Notes: generated from the letters alone by a model not told the origin. DNA of 55,989 nucleotides from Eubacteriales bacterium (GCA_030531585.1 JAUNNC010000003.1:1926-57914), one strand, 5' to 3'; positions 8,013-17,583 are shown, counted from the first letter of the stretch. Made by a program: numbers and translations.

Positions 8013-8867
8013 ATGAAGACCTACAACGACATCTATCTCTCCGCGCGCAACACCCTGCGCCGCCACGGCGTGGAGGCCTACGCGCTGGAAGCGCGCATCC
8101 TGGTCGCCTGCGCCGCCGGGAAGAGCGTGCAGGAGCTTTTGAAGGATCTGAACCTCTACACCACGCCGCAGGTGGAGGGCACCGTCACCGACGCCATTGC
8201 GCGCAGGCTCCAGGGCGAGCCGGTGGCCTACATCACCGGGACCTGGGAATTCTACGGTCTGCCCATGAAGGTGACGAGCGACGTGCTGATCCCCCGCCCC
8301 GATACCGAGACCCTGGTCGACGCGGTCAAGGAGCTGCTTGTGGGCCGCAAGATGGACGCGCGCATCCTGGACCTCTGCTGCGGCAGCGGCTGCATCACCT
8401 GCGCGCTGGGGCACGAGCTGCCCGCCACCAAGCTGGTGGCCGTCGACCTGAGCGCCAGCGCTCTTGAGGTCTGCCGCGAGAACGTGGGGCTCAACCGCCT
8501 TAACTCCCGCGTGATCTGCGTGCAGGCGGACGCCACGGCCTCGCCTCCGCTCGGGATCGGCACCTTCGACGTGATCGTCTCCAATCCTCCGTACATCCGA
8601 AGCGACGAGATCCCGCAGCTTGACCGCTCGGTGCGCGACTACGAGCCCGTCTGGGCTCTTGACGGCGGGCCGGACGGCCTGCGCTTCTACAAGGCCATCA
8701 TCAAGTACTGGAAATCCCTGCTCCGGCCGGACGGCGCGCTGGTCTTCGAGGTCGGCGAGGGGCAGGCGGACGACGTGTGCGAAATGCTGATGGCGGCGGG
8801 CTTCAATTCCACGGCGGTGCGCCGGGACGCCCGCGGCGTCGAGCGCGTCGTGATCGGACGGATCTGA
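8013..8867 (+). CDS. prmC: Peptide chain release factor N5-glutamine methyltransferase
   Basis: 284 aa. The SAM motif is ILDLCCGSGCI and the catalytic motif is VSNPPYI. Confidence 0.92.
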   Translation: MKTYNDIYLSARNTLRRHGVEAYALEARILVACAAGKSVQELLKDLNLYTTPQVEGTVTDAIARRLQGEPVAYITGTWEFYGLPMKVTSDVLIPRPDTETLVDAVKELLVGRKMDARILDLCCGSGCITCALGHELPATKLVAVDLSASALEVCRENVGLNRLNSRVICVQADATASPPLGIGTFDVIVSNPPYIRSDEIPQLDRSVRDYEPVWALDGGPDGLRFYKAIIKYWKSLLRPDGALVFEVGEGQADDVCEMLMAAGFNSTAVRRDARGVERVVIGRI

Positions 8868-8912
8868 ACACAACACCCATCATACATAGAAGATAAGGAA
8901 AGGGGTCACAAC

Positions 8913-10028
8913 ATGGCCGACAAGAAGAAAATCCCCGCGGTCGCCGCGCCCTCCGGCAGCGACAAGAAGAAGGCGCTCGAGACTGCGATCGCGAAGATCG
9001 AGAAGGACTACGGCAAGGGCACCATCATGCGCCTTGGCGACGACATCTCCGTCAACGTGGAGGCGCTGTCCACGGGCTCCCTGTCTCTGGATCTGGCGCT
9101 CGGCATCGGCGGCATCCCCAAGGGCCGCATCGTGGAGATCTACGGGCCCGAGGCTTCGGGCAAGACGACGCTGGCCCTGCACGCGGTGGCCTCGGCCCAG
9201 AAGGCCGGGGGCGACGCCGCCTATATCGACGTCGAGCATGCGCTCGAGCCCGCTTATGCCCGCGCCCTCGGCGTGGACATCGACAGCCTGCTGATCTCCC
9301 AGCCGGACACCGGCGAGCAGGCGCTGGACATTGCCGAGTCTCTGGTGCGCTCCGGCGCGGTGGACGTGGTGGTCATCGACTCCGTCGCGGCCCTGATCCC
9401 GCGCGTCGAGCTCGAGGGCGAGGTCGGCGACACGGTCGTCGGCGCGCTGGCGCGGCTGATGAGTCAGGCCATGCGCCGTCTCGCGGGCGCGATCAGCAAG
9501 AACAACTGCACCGTCATCTTCATCAACCAGCTCAGGCAGAAGATCGGCGTCATGTACGGCAACCCCGAGACCACCCCCGGCGGTCTCGCGCTCAAATACT
9601 ACGCCTCGGTGCGCATCGACGTGCGCCGCATTGAGACCCTCAAGGTCGGCGGCGAGATGGTCGGCAACCGCACCCGCGCCAAGGTCGTCAAGAACAAGGT
9701 CGCGCCCCCGTTCCGGGAGGCGGAGTTCGACATCATGTACGGCGAGGGCATCTCCAAGATCGGCGAGATCATCGACCTCGGCGCCAAGCTCGAGCTGATC
9801 GACAAGGCCGGCGCGTGGTACACGGTCGCGGGCCAGCGCATCCAGGGCCGCGACGGGGTCAAGACCTACCTCACCGAAAACCCCGAGGTCTGTGACGAGC
9901 TCGAAAAACAGATCCGCGACAACGCCCACAAGCTGATGAGCCCGCAGGCCATGAAGGCCGCGCAGGCAGCGGGCCGCGCCGCCGCGCCCGCGCTCGACGT
10001 CAGCGCCGCCGACTTCGAGCTGGACTGA
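8913..10028 (+). CDS. recA: Recombinase A
   Basis: 371 aa. Walker A is [12 protein letters not shown]. Also has [18 protein letters not shown] and [22 protein letters not shown]. Confidence 0.98.
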   Translation: MADKKKIPAVAAPSGSDKKKALETAIAKIEKDYGKGTIMRLGDDISVNVEALSTGSLSLDLALGIGGIPKGRIVEIYGPEASGKTTLALHAVASAQKAGGDAAYIDVEHALEPAYARALGVDIDSLLISQPDTGEQALDIAESLVRSGAVDVVVIDSVAALIPRVELEGEVGDTVVGALARLMSQAMRRLAGAISKNNCTVIFINQLRQKIGVMYGNPETTPGGLALKYYASVRIDVRRIETLKVGGEMVGNRTRAKVVKNKVAPPFREAEFDIMYGEGISKIGEIIDLGAKLELIDKAGAWYTVAGQRIQGRDGVKTYLTENPEVCDELEKQIRDNAHKLMSPQAMKAAQAAGRAAAPALDVSAADFELD

Positions 10029-10031
10029 CAC

Positions 10032-10643
10032 ATGACCGTTACCGCGATCCGGCAGGACTCCCCCGACCGTCTGAGCGTTCTGTTCGATGACGGGGAGGAG
10101 ATCAAAAGCACCCCCGGCGCCGTGACCGCCCTGCGGCTCTTTGTCGGGCGCGAGCTCGACGCGCAGGCGCTGGAGGCGTTTCGTCTGGAATCCATGCGGG
10201 CTCTCGCGCGCGAGCGGGCGTTGATGCTCGTGTCGCGTCGTCAGATGTCCGCAAAAGAACTGCGCGAAAAACTGCGGCAGAAGGGCGTCGACCCCGAGAC
10301 CGCCGCCTGGTGCGCCGATTGGCTCACGGAGCGCGGGCTTCTGGACGAGCAGGCCTACGCCGCCGCCGTCGTGCGGCACTATGCCGCGAAGGGCTGCGGT
10401 GCGGGAAAGGTCCGCGCGGAGCTGATGCGCCGCGGCGTCACACGGGAGCTTGCGGACGCGGCGCTCGAGGCCATGCCCGACGGGCAGGAAAAGCTCGACC
10501 GCCTGATCGCCGCGCGTCTGAAAGACCCGGGCGACCGGGACGAAGTGCGAAAGCTCTCGGCTTCACTATACCGCCGCGGCTTCTCCGCGGAGGAGATCCG
10601 CAGCGCGTTGAGGCGCGTACAGGCGGATTTTGAGGAATATTGA
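10032..10643 (+). CDS. recX: RecA regulator RecX
   Basis: 203 aa starting 3 nt after recA. Shows the repeated helical RecX pattern (SAKELREKLRQKGV..., VRHYAAKGCGAGKVRAELMRRGV..., LYRRGFSAEEIRSAL). Confidence 0.88.
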   Translation: MTVTAIRQDSPDRLSVLFDDGEEIKSTPGAVTALRLFVGRELDAQALEAFRLESMRALARERALMLVSRRQMSAKELREKLRQKGVDPETAAWCADWLTERGLLDEQAYAAAVVRHYAAKGCGAGKVRAELMRRGVTRELADAALEAMPDGQEKLDRLIAARLKDPGDRDEVRKLSASLYRRGFSAEEIRSALRRVQADFEEY

Positions 10644-10646
10644 TCT

Positions 10647-11978
10647 ATGGAAAAAACCTTTGCCATGATCTCGCTCGGCTGCGCCAAGAATCTGGTCAAC
10701 ACCGAGCAGATGCTCTATCTGATGGACGAGGCGGGCTACACGCTCGTGCCCGAGCCGGACGGCGCCGCCCTCGCCATCGTCAATACCTGCGGCTTCATCG
10801 ACGCCGCCAAGAGCGAGGCCATCGACGCCATCCTTGAGATGGCGGAGCTGAAGAAGGCCGGACGGCTCGGCGCGCTGATCGTGACCGGGTGCCTGGCCGA
10901 GCGCTACAAGGACTCGATCCTCGAGGAGCTGCCGGAGATCGACGCCGTGCTGGGCGTGGGCAGCTTCAAGGACATCGTGCAGGCCGCCGACGCCGCGCTG
11001 GACGGGCGATGTACCGCCCTCTTCGGCGATCAGAGCGCTCCGGTGGACGAGCTCCCGCGCGTCGTCACGACCGGGCCGGGCTGGGCCTGGCTGCGCATCG
11101 CCGAGGGCTGCAACAACTTCTGCGCCTTCTGCGCCATCCCCTTCATCCGCGGCCGCTACCGCTCGCGGAGCATGGAGAACATCCTCGAGGAGGCGCGCGA
11201 CCTCGCCGCTCACGGGGCAAAGGAGCTCATCGTCATCGCCCAGGACATCACCCGCTACGGTACCGACCTGTACGGCAAACGCTGTCTGGCCGAGCTCTGC
11301 CGCCGCCTTTCTGAGATTGAGGGCGTGGCGTGGATACGTCTGCACTATCTCTATGTCGACCAGTTCGACGACGAGCTGATCGACGAGATCGCCAACAACC
11401 CGAAGATCGTCAAGTATCTGGACATCCCGATCCAGCACATCAACGACGGCATCCTCAAGCGCATGAACCGCCGCGGCACGGGCGCGGACATCCGCCGCCT
11501 GTTCAAGACGCTGCGTGAGCGCGTGCCGGGTCTGGTGCTGCGCACCAGTCTCATCACGGGTCTGCCCGGCGAGGGCGAGGCGGAGTTTGAGGAGCTGTGC
11601 GAATTCCTCCGCGAGGCAAAGCTTGAGCGCGTCGGGGTCTTCCCCTTCTCCCCCGAGGAGGGCACGCCCGCGGCCGCCATGGAGCATGTCAGCGAGGAGG
11701 AGGCGCAGCGCCGGGCCGAGCTTGTGCTCGAGCTGCAGGCGCCGATCATGGAGGGCTTTTGTCAGAGCCTCTGCGGGAAAACGCTGGACGTGCTGTGCGA
11801 GGGCTTCGACGGGGAATCCGGCCTGCTTTACGGCCGATGTTACGCGGACTCGCCCGACATTGACGGGCAGGTATACTTCACGGGGGACAGCGCCCCGGGT
11901 ACGATCGTCCCCGTGTTCATTGAACGTACGGAGGACGGGCTGCTCTACGGACGCCGGGAGGAGGCGAGGACATGCTGA
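10647..11978 (+). CDS. rimO: Ribosomal protein S12 methylthiotransferase
   Basis: 443 aa. N-terminal MTTase domain reads ISLGCAKN...NTCGFI. The radical-SAM cluster is CNNFCAFC. There is a C-terminal TRAM-like end. Confidence 0.92.
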   Translation: MEKTFAMISLGCAKNLVNTEQMLYLMDEAGYTLVPEPDGAALAIVNTCGFIDAAKSEAIDAILEMAELKKAGRLGALIVTGCLAERYKDSILEELPEIDAVLGVGSFKDIVQAADAALDGRCTALFGDQSAPVDELPRVVTTGPGWAWLRIAEGCNNFCAFCAIPFIRGRYRSRSMENILEEARDLAAHGAKELIVIAQDITRYGTDLYGKRCLAELCRRLSEIEGVAWIRLHYLYVDQFDDELIDEIANNPKIVKYLDIPIQHINDGILKRMNRRGTGADIRRLFKTLRERVPGLVLRTSLITGLPGEGEAEFEELCEFLREAKLERVGVFPFSPEEGTPAAAMEHVSEEEAQRRAELVLELQAPIMEGFCQSLCGKTLDVLCEGFDGESGLLYGRCYADSPDIDGQVYFTGDSAPGTIVPVFIERTEDGLLYGRREEARTC

Positions 11979-12496
11979 AAACCACCGCCAACAAAATCAC
12001 GCTGCTGCGCATTGCGATGATCCCGATCTTCCTCGTCCTGGCCTATCTGGAGCTGCGCTGGGCCGCGCTCGCGGTGTTCATCATCGCCAGCCTCACCGAC
12101 CTGCTCGACGGCTATATCGCCCGCCACTGTCACCAGATCACCAACTTCGGCAAGTTCATGGACCCGCTGGCCGACAAGATGCTGGTCCTTTCTGCGATGT
12201 GCTTCTTCGTCGAGAAGGGGCAGATGCCCGGCTGGGCCCTCGCCATCGTGCTGCTGCGTGAGTTTGCGGTCTCCGGTCTGCGTCTGGTCGCCGCGGAGAA
12301 GAACCGCGTCATTGCCGCCGCCTGGTCCGGCAAGTTCAAGACCACCTGTACGATGGTGGGCCTGTGCTTCATGCTGGTTTTCGGGAAATATCCGTGGATG
12401 AACGTTTTTGTCACCGCCGTGATCCTGATCACCACCGTGTACTCCGGCATTGAGTATTTTGTTAAAAATAAGGACGTCTTCAAAGACGCCGACTGA
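11972..12496 (+). CDS. pgsA: CDP-diacylglycerol--glycerol-3-phosphate 3-phosphatidyltransferase
   Basis: 174 aa. The CDP-alcohol phosphotransferase motif is DLLDGYIAR...GKFMDPLADK. Overlaps rimO by 7 nt. Confidence 0.92.
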   Translation: MLKTTANKITLLRIAMIPIFLVLAYLELRWAALAVFIIASLTDLLDGYIARHCHQITNFGKFMDPLADKMLVLSAMCFFVEKGQMPGWALAIVLLREFAVSGLRLVAAEKNRVIAAAWSGKFKTTCTMVGLCFMLVFGKYPWMNVFVTAVILITTVYSGIEYFVKNKDVFKDAD

Positions 12497-12510
12497 TAAG
12501 GGAGATTGAC

Positions 12511-13962
12511 ATGTATCTTTATAATTCTGCTTCGAGAAAGAAAGAGCTTTTTGTCCCCAACCACCCCGACATCGTCAAGATGTACACCTGCGGCCCCACG
12601 GTCTACCATTACGCCCACATCGGCAACCTCCGCTCCTACATCATGGAGGACGTGCTGGAGAAGTACCTGCGCTATCTGGGCTACAACGTCAAGCGTGTCA
12701 TGAACATCACCGACGTCGGCCACCTGACCTCCGACGCCGACGAGGGCGAGGACAAGATGCTCAAGGGCGCCCGGCGCGAGCACAAGACCGTGCTGGAGAT
12801 CGCGAAGTTCTACACCGACGCCTTCTTTGACGACTGCGCCAAGCTCAACATCAAGACCCCGGACGTCGTCGAGCCCGCCACCAACTGCATCGACGACTAC
12901 ATCAAGATCATCACGAAGCTCATGGACACCGGCTACGCCTACTTTGCCGGCGGCAACGTGTACTTTGACACCTCGAAGCTCGAGCGCTACTACATCTTCA
13001 ACGACTTCAAGGAGGACGACCTGAACGTCGGCGTGCGCGAGGGGGTCGAGGAGGACTTAAACAAGCGCAACCGGAACGACTTCGTTCTCTGGTTCACCAA
13101 GTCCAAGTTCGAGGATCAGGCCCTCAAGTGGGACTCCCCCTGGGGCGTCGGCTATCCCGGCTGGCATATCGAGTGCTCGGGCATCTCCATGAAGCACCTG
13201 GGCGAGGATCTGGACATCCACTGCGGCGGCATCGACAACGCTTTCCCCCACCACACCAACGAAATTGCCCAGTCTGAGTCCTATCTGGGCCATCATTGGT
13301 GCAACTGGTGGATGCATGTCCTCCACCTGAACACCAAGGACGGCAAGATGAGCAAATCCAGCGGCGAGTTCCTGACCGTCTCCGTGCTCGAGAAGAACGG
13401 CTTTGATCCCCTCGCCTACCGCTTCTTCTGCCTGCAGAGCCACTACCGCAAGATCCTGGTCTTCTCCGAGGAGAACCTGAAGAATGCGCAGGGCGCCTAC
13501 AACAAGCTGATCGCCCGCATCGCCGCGCTCAAGCCGGAGGACGGCCCGGTCGACGAGGCCGCCTTCGCCGCGCTGAAGGAGAAGTTCTGCGCCGCCATGG
13601 ACAACGACCTGAACACCTCCCTCGCCGTGACCGCGGTCTACGACGTGCTCAAGGCCCAGACCAACGACGCCACGAAGCTCGCCGCTCTGGCCGACTTCGA
13701 CCGGGTCCTGAGCCTGAGCCTTATTGAGAGGGCCGAGGCCAAGCGCGAGGAGCTCAAAAAGCAGACCGTCGCCGCGGGCGAGTTCACCATCGTCTCCGAG
13801 TCCGGCGAGAGCGACCCCGAGGTCGAGGCGCAGATCCGCGCCCGCCAGGACGCCAAGAAGGCGAAGAACTTCGCCGAGGCCGACCGCATCCGCGACGCCC
13901 TCAAGGCCGCCGGGATCGAGCTGACCGACATCCCCCACGGCGCGAAGTGGAAGCGCGTATAA
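12511..13962 (+). CDS. cysS: Cysteine--tRNA ligase
   Basis: 483 aa. Has a HIGH-type motif (YAHIGNLRSY), KMSKS, and the zinc-ligand context CGPTVY...HIECS. The upstream gap is only 14 nt, so there is no leader. Confidence 0.96.
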   Translation: MYLYNSASRKKELFVPNHPDIVKMYTCGPTVYHYAHIGNLRSYIMEDVLEKYLRYLGYNVKRVMNITDVGHLTSDADEGEDKMLKGARREHKTVLEIAKFYTDAFFDDCAKLNIKTPDVVEPATNCIDDYIKIITKLMDTGYAYFAGGNVYFDTSKLERYYIFNDFKEDDLNVGVREGVEEDLNKRNRNDFVLWFTKSKFEDQALKWDSPWGVGYPGWHIECSGISMKHLGEDLDIHCGGIDNAFPHHTNEIAQSESYLGHHWCNWWMHVLHLNTKDGKMSKSSGEFLTVSVLEKNGFDPLAYRFFCLQSHYRKILVFSEENLKNAQGAYNKLIARIAALKPEDGPVDEAAFAALKEKFCAAMDNDLNTSLAVTAVYDVLKAQTNDATKLAALADFDRVLSLSLIERAEAKREELKKQTVAAGEFTIVSESGESDPEVEAQIRARQDAKKAKNFAEADRIRDALKAAGIELTDIPHGAKWKRV

Positions 13963-13974
13963 CAAGAATATGAC

Positions 13975-14008
13975 AACGAGGCCGCGGCGAAAACGCCGCG
14001 GCCTCGTT
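13975..14008 (+). terminator. 15-bp GC-rich hairpin after cysS
   Basis: AACGAGGCCGCGGCG-AAAA-CGCCGCGGCCTCGTT. There is no clear U-tract on the plus strand. Lies between convergent genes. Confidence 0.55.
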
Positions 14009-14032
14009 CCATGTGCAGATAACCCCTATCGT

Positions 14033-14136
14033 CTGTCATCCTGAGCGAGCGTCAGCGAGTCGAAGGATCTCAAACGTACGAATCCCCAACGCTTGAGATC
14101 TTTCGACTCCGGCTTCGCCTTCGCTCAAGATGACAG
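14033..14136. repeat. Palindromic intergenic repeat element (family 2: CTGTCATC...GAGCG...GTCGA.GGATCTC arms)
   Basis: Left arm is 14033-14073 and right arm is 14093-14136; they are reverse complements with small indels. A second copy with the same termini is at 48935-49028. Confidence 0.8.
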
Positions 14137-14163
14137 GAATGAGCTCTGTCTTGTTTCTTGGTT

Positions 14164-15519
14164 TTACGATTGTCCCCGCGGGTAGGTCGAATTGCGGTCG
14201 AGCGGGATGTATTTGTAATTCCCGTTGTCTGGCCGTTCTCCCTTGCCGAGCGCCCAGTCGATCATGCCCGCGCGCATGGCGTCGGTGATGATGCTGTAGT
14301 GTCCGCCCTCGGCGACCTCCACGATGGTGACGTCATCCCCGTGGGCGACCATCAGCTCGATGGCGCGCTTGTTCATGCCGATCCCGCCGAACTCCAGCAG
14401 CAGGAACGAGGTCCCGGCCTCCGCCGCCGCGTCGCACTGCTCGGGGGTCATGATGCGGCTGGGCTCCTCCCAGTGGTTGCCGGCGTCAAAGGTCAGCACC
14501 CGGCGCGCGGCCAGGCCGTGATTGCGGTAGAGCTCCGCCGCGCCCTGACAGGCGGTGTAGGCGCCCATGCTGGCTCCGCAGAGCACGAGATCGTGCAGGA
14601 AGACGTTATTTTCGATCCCCGCCTGCTCCAGCGTCCGGTAGCACTCCTCGATCTTTTCCGCAGGGTCGGAGTAGCCGTTGGCATAGCACAGGAGCATGAT
14701 CGCATTCGGCAGCTCCGGGGAGTGGGCATATTCCGACAGATAGCTGTTGGCCAGCGCCTCATCGTAGCCGCCCGGCCAGAAGATCATGCAGCGCGTCTGA
14801 GGTCCCGCGTCCTTCGGCACATACACCAGACCCAGGCGGACCCAGTAGAGCATGCCGCCGCCGACATCCTTGCCGGAGTATTCGGAGGCCCGGATCGGCT
14901 CGTCCGTGCCCGCGGCCATCGCCGCCACGCGCGCGAGGCAGCGGTCCCGGAGAAGCTTGCCGTCCCGGTAGTCGCCGAGCTCGTTCCACAGCGCGATGGC
15001 CTCGTCCATGCGGCAGGCATAGGTGGCCGCGAGGGCCTTTTCATACTGCGCCTCGCGCGCCTCCACGATCGCCTCCGCCGCGCCCGGATAATCCCCCAGC
15101 TCTTCCAGCAGGGCGATCCCCTCGCGGTACCGACCGCCCGCGAGCATCTCCCTGGCGCGCCGGAGCTCGCATTCGACCGCGCGCTGCGCCGCGTCCTCGA
15201 AGTCGCCCAGCTTAAGGAAGGCGTCCCGTGCGTCCAGGTACTCGCCCGCGTCCAGCAGCTTCTCCGCCTCCCGCAGACGCTCCTGCTTCTCCAGCAGCTC
15301 GAGCTGCGCCTCGCAGTCCGCCGCCTCGTCCGTCAGACCGAGCGCCTCATAGGCGGCCTTCGCCGCGGCATAGTCGCCGACGGCGGCCAGCTCCCGCGCC
15401 GCGTTGACCGCCTCCCGGTACGTCTGTTCCCGACGGCGCGTCATGCTGATCCGGAAGCAGGCGATCGTCAGCAGGGCCAGCAGCAGGGCAAGCAGGCCCC
15501 GCTTTACGCTTTTTGACAC
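14164..15519 (-). CDS. Membrane-anchored protein: N-terminal TM helix, four GDY/GDF-type helical repeats, C-terminal alpha/beta-hydrolase-like domain
   Basis: GTG start at 15519 with AAAGGAGG upstream (VSKSVKRGLLALLLALLTIACF). Repeats are VGDYAAAKAAY, LGDFEDAAQRA, LGDYPGAAEAI and LGDYRDGKLLR. The C-terminal part has a G-x-S-x-G elbow (LCGASMGAY) and a late GGHYS. The longer track ORF (to 15684) overlaps the upstream gene and is rejected. Confidence 0.7.
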   Translation of the reverse strand: MSKSVKRGLLALLLALLTIACFRISMTRRREQTYREAVNAARELAAVGDYAAAKAAYEALGLTDEAADCEAQLELLEKQERLREAEKLLDAGEYLDARDAFLKLGDFEDAAQRAVECELRRAREMLAGGRYREGIALLEELGDYPGAAEAIVEAREAQYEKALAATYACRMDEAIALWNELGDYRDGKLLRDRCLARVAAMAAGTDEPIRASEYSGKDVGGGMLYWVRLGLVYVPKDAGPQTRCMIFWPGGYDEALANSYLSEYAHSPELPNAIMLLCYANGYSDPAEKIEECYRTLEQAGIENNVFLHDLVLCGASMGAYTACQGAAELYRNHGLAARRVLTFDAGNHWEEPSRIMTPEQCDAAAEAGTSFLLLEFGGIGMNKRAIELMVAHGDDVTIVEVAEGGHYSIITDAMRAGMIDWALGKGERPDNGNYKYIPLDRNSTYPRGQS

Positions 15520-17330
15520 GTCGCGCCTCCTTTGTCCAGCCACCTCCCCGGCTGCAGCGCCATGCTGATCCAGACCGGGTACATGGCAAACAGCGGCTCC
15601 ACATAGCGGAAGTTGCTGACCGGTCCGGCCATATAGGTCGCCCACAGGAAGAAGGGCAGCGACAGCGGCAGCAGGAGGCTCCACCGTTTTTTCCAGCCCA
15701 GCACCGCCGCGCAGAACAGCAGCAGCCAGACGGGCGTGGCGATGGAGAAGAGCGTATTGAGAAGGGGCCGGTTTTCAAACGCGGAGAAGTCCGCGACACT
15801 GTCATAGAAGCGGAGCAGGCGCGGCAGCCTGCTGTCCCGCTCGACGGAGAACGCGTCCGTCCCGGTGTTCTCAACCTCGATGTACGCGCGCCCGGACCAG
15901 TAGTCCACCGTCGCGGCGTCCGGATACCAGTAGGGCAGGTTGAGATCCAGGAAGGCGCAGAGATAACTGCTCGCATGCTTCGGGAAGAGCGACAGCCAGA
16001 GTCGGAAAAAGGCCCCGCGGTCGCGGTAGTAGGCCGCCTGGTCGAAGTTGTATTTAATGTAATCGGCAAAGCGGGGGTTGTAGATCTCCTCGATGCGGTC
16101 TGTCGGGAAATAGCGGTCGATGGCCTCGAGCTCCTCCCCTTCGAGCGTGTCGCGGTCGTTGAGAACGGTGTTCGCCATCTGCGAGAGCGGGACGCACAGG
16201 GCCTCGGTCTCCCAGGCAGGCTGGATGCCGAGCGCGTCGTATACCGGGCCGTTGACCACCCAGAAGAGTCCGAGCGTCAGCGCGAGCAGCAGCGCCGTCC
16301 TGCCGAGCTGTCGGCGCAGCACGATCAGGAAAAAGGGTGCGGCCAGCAGCAGCATGTACAGGGCGTTGTTGCGCAGCAGCAGCGTCAGAGCGCCGCTGAG
16401 AACGAAGCCCGCCGCTGCGCGTTTGTCGTGCAGAAAGCCCGCGGGGTCGCGCACCAGCAGGATGCTCTTCACAAACAGCAGCAGCAGGAGAGCGCCGAAG
16501 AAAACGTCCTTGGTCATGGTCAGGGAGAAGATCGCCAGCGCCGGGTTCAGGGCGAACCAGGCGAGGGCGCCCAGCACCAGGAAGCGGTTGACGCGCAGGC
16601 GCCGCATCGTATCCGTCACCCGGGCGAAAATTGCGGAAACCGCCAGCATCTGTACGACGGCGTACAGTGTCAGCGGGTTCACGCCGCTCGCTTTGCCGGC
16701 GCGGATGCAGAGCGCCCAGAACAGCGTATGCAGCGGCGGATGGAGGCGCGAGCAGTCCGTGATCGGTCCCAGCGCCTGCGGTGTCTGGACCCACGCGTCG
16801 TAGCTGTGCACGCCCGGCCAGTAGGCCAGCAGGGCGGGCAGCCACGCGAGGAAGATCACGCCCCAGAAGATCAGGAAGCGGGACTTCCCCTCCGGTCCCG
16901 CCGGGAAGCGCTCGTCCTCAAGCAGCGGCAGCAGGACGGCGCAGACCGCCGCGATCAGCGAGGCGAAGCCGACGAAGACCACAACGCTCGACAGCAGGTT
17001 CTCCGCCGGAACAAAGGCGGAGGCGAGCCGGTCGGTCAGATACAGGCTCCGGCCGAGCACCAGCGCGCCCGCCGTCACCACGCCGTACAGGGCGGAGAAG
17101 CGGCGCGAGCGCCGGTCCGCCTCCCATGCGCGGTGAAACAGCAGCCAGCCCGCGGCGAAGAGAAAGACATTCAGGATGGAGGAGGCGTGGAACGGCCTGT
17201 CGTTGAAGGCGGAAAACGCCGTATTCCGGAAGAAATAGCGGTTGAACGCGCCGACCAGGCAAAGGGCCTGCAGCGCGCAGGCGAGCGCCCGCAGCGCTGC
17301 CGCCCGTCTGTTCTGTCTTTCCTCATGCAT
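15504..17330 (-). CDS. Large polytopic membrane protein (about 12 or more hydrophobic helices; GT-C/DUF6020-like, tentative)
   Basis: 608 aa, almost entirely hydrophobic segments separated by short basic loops. Its stop overlaps the downstream GTG start by 16 nt. The family name is a guess from size and topology only. Confidence 0.7.
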   Translation of the reverse strand: MHEERQNRRAAALRALACALQALCLVGAFNRYFFRNTAFSAFNDRPFHASSILNVFLFAAGWLLFHRAWEADRRSRRFSALYGVVTAGALVLGRSLYLTDRLASAFVPAENLLSSVVVFVGFASLIAAVCAVLLPLLEDERFPAGPEGKSRFLIFWGVIFLAWLPALLAYWPGVHSYDAWVQTPQALGPITDCSRLHPPLHTLFWALCIRAGKASGVNPLTLYAVVQMLAVSAIFARVTDTMRRLRVNRFLVLGALAWFALNPALAIFSLTMTKDVFFGALLLLLFVKSILLVRDPAGFLHDKRAAAGFVLSGALTLLLRNNALYMLLLAAPFFLIVLRRQLGRTALLLALTLGLFWVVNGPVYDALGIQPAWETEALCVPLSQMANTVLNDRDTLEGEELEAIDRYFPTDRIEEIYNPRFADYIKYNFDQAAYYRDRGAFFRLWLSLFPKHASSYLCAFLDLNLPYWYPDAATVDYWSGRAYIEVENTGTDAFSVERDSRLPRLLRFYDSVADFSAFENRPLLNTLFSIATPVWLLLFCAAVLGWKKRWSLLLPLSLPFFLWATYMAGPVSNFRYVEPLFAMYPVWISMALQPGRWLDKGGATCQKA

Positions 17331-17372
17331 CCGCCGTCACGCTCCTTTCCGCGGCATGTTTCGATCTCTGTG

Positions 17373-17401
17373 ATTATATACGATCCTCTCCCGTTTGTAA
17401 A
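17373..17401 (-). promoter_or_regulatory. Promoter TTTACA-17-TATAAT for the 17330..14164 gene pair
   Basis: Minus strand has TTTACA (17401-17396), a 17-nt spacer and TATAAT (17378-17373). Lies about 40 nt upstream of the ATG at 17330. Confidence 0.6.
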
Positions 17402-17490
17402 GCCGCGGAGCCCGTGTGAAAGACGCGGGAACTTTTTTTGCGCGGCATGCGTCTAAGGGGCATAAAGTCAAAAACAAAGGAGAGCAAATC

Positions 17491-17568
17491 ATGGACGATC
17501 TTCGTTACAATCCGTCTGCGCTGCTTCTCGTGGGCCTGTTGATCGCTGTGATCGACGTGCTGGCGTAG
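17491..17568 (+). CDS. Candidate 25-aa hydrophobic micro-protein (MDDLRYNPSALLLVGLLIAVIDVLA)
   Basis: Below the ORF-track size cut-off. AAAGGAGAG lies 7 nt before the ATG, there is one TM-like stretch, and a strong terminator follows 16 nt after the stop. No homology support is possible here. Confidence 0.3.
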   Translation: MDDLRYNPSALLLVGLLIAVIDVLA

Positions 17569-17583
17569 GAAAAACTGTGCGGC

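Noticed and set aside
8868-8912. Looked for a LexA (Cheo-type GAAC-N4-GTTC) box upstream of recA.
   Set aside because: The 45-nt gap after prmC contains only a half-match (GAACACAACACC) and no obvious promoter. No SOS operator can be claimed from this sequence.
8880-10379. 499-aa minus-strand ORF across recA and recX.
   Set aside because: It is antisense to two unambiguous genes. The same reasoning applies to 10566..11687, 15513..17456, 19873..22056, 25003-region plus-strand ORFs, 35674..38292, 40325..41884, 44394..45614, 45630..47072 and 49086..50918.
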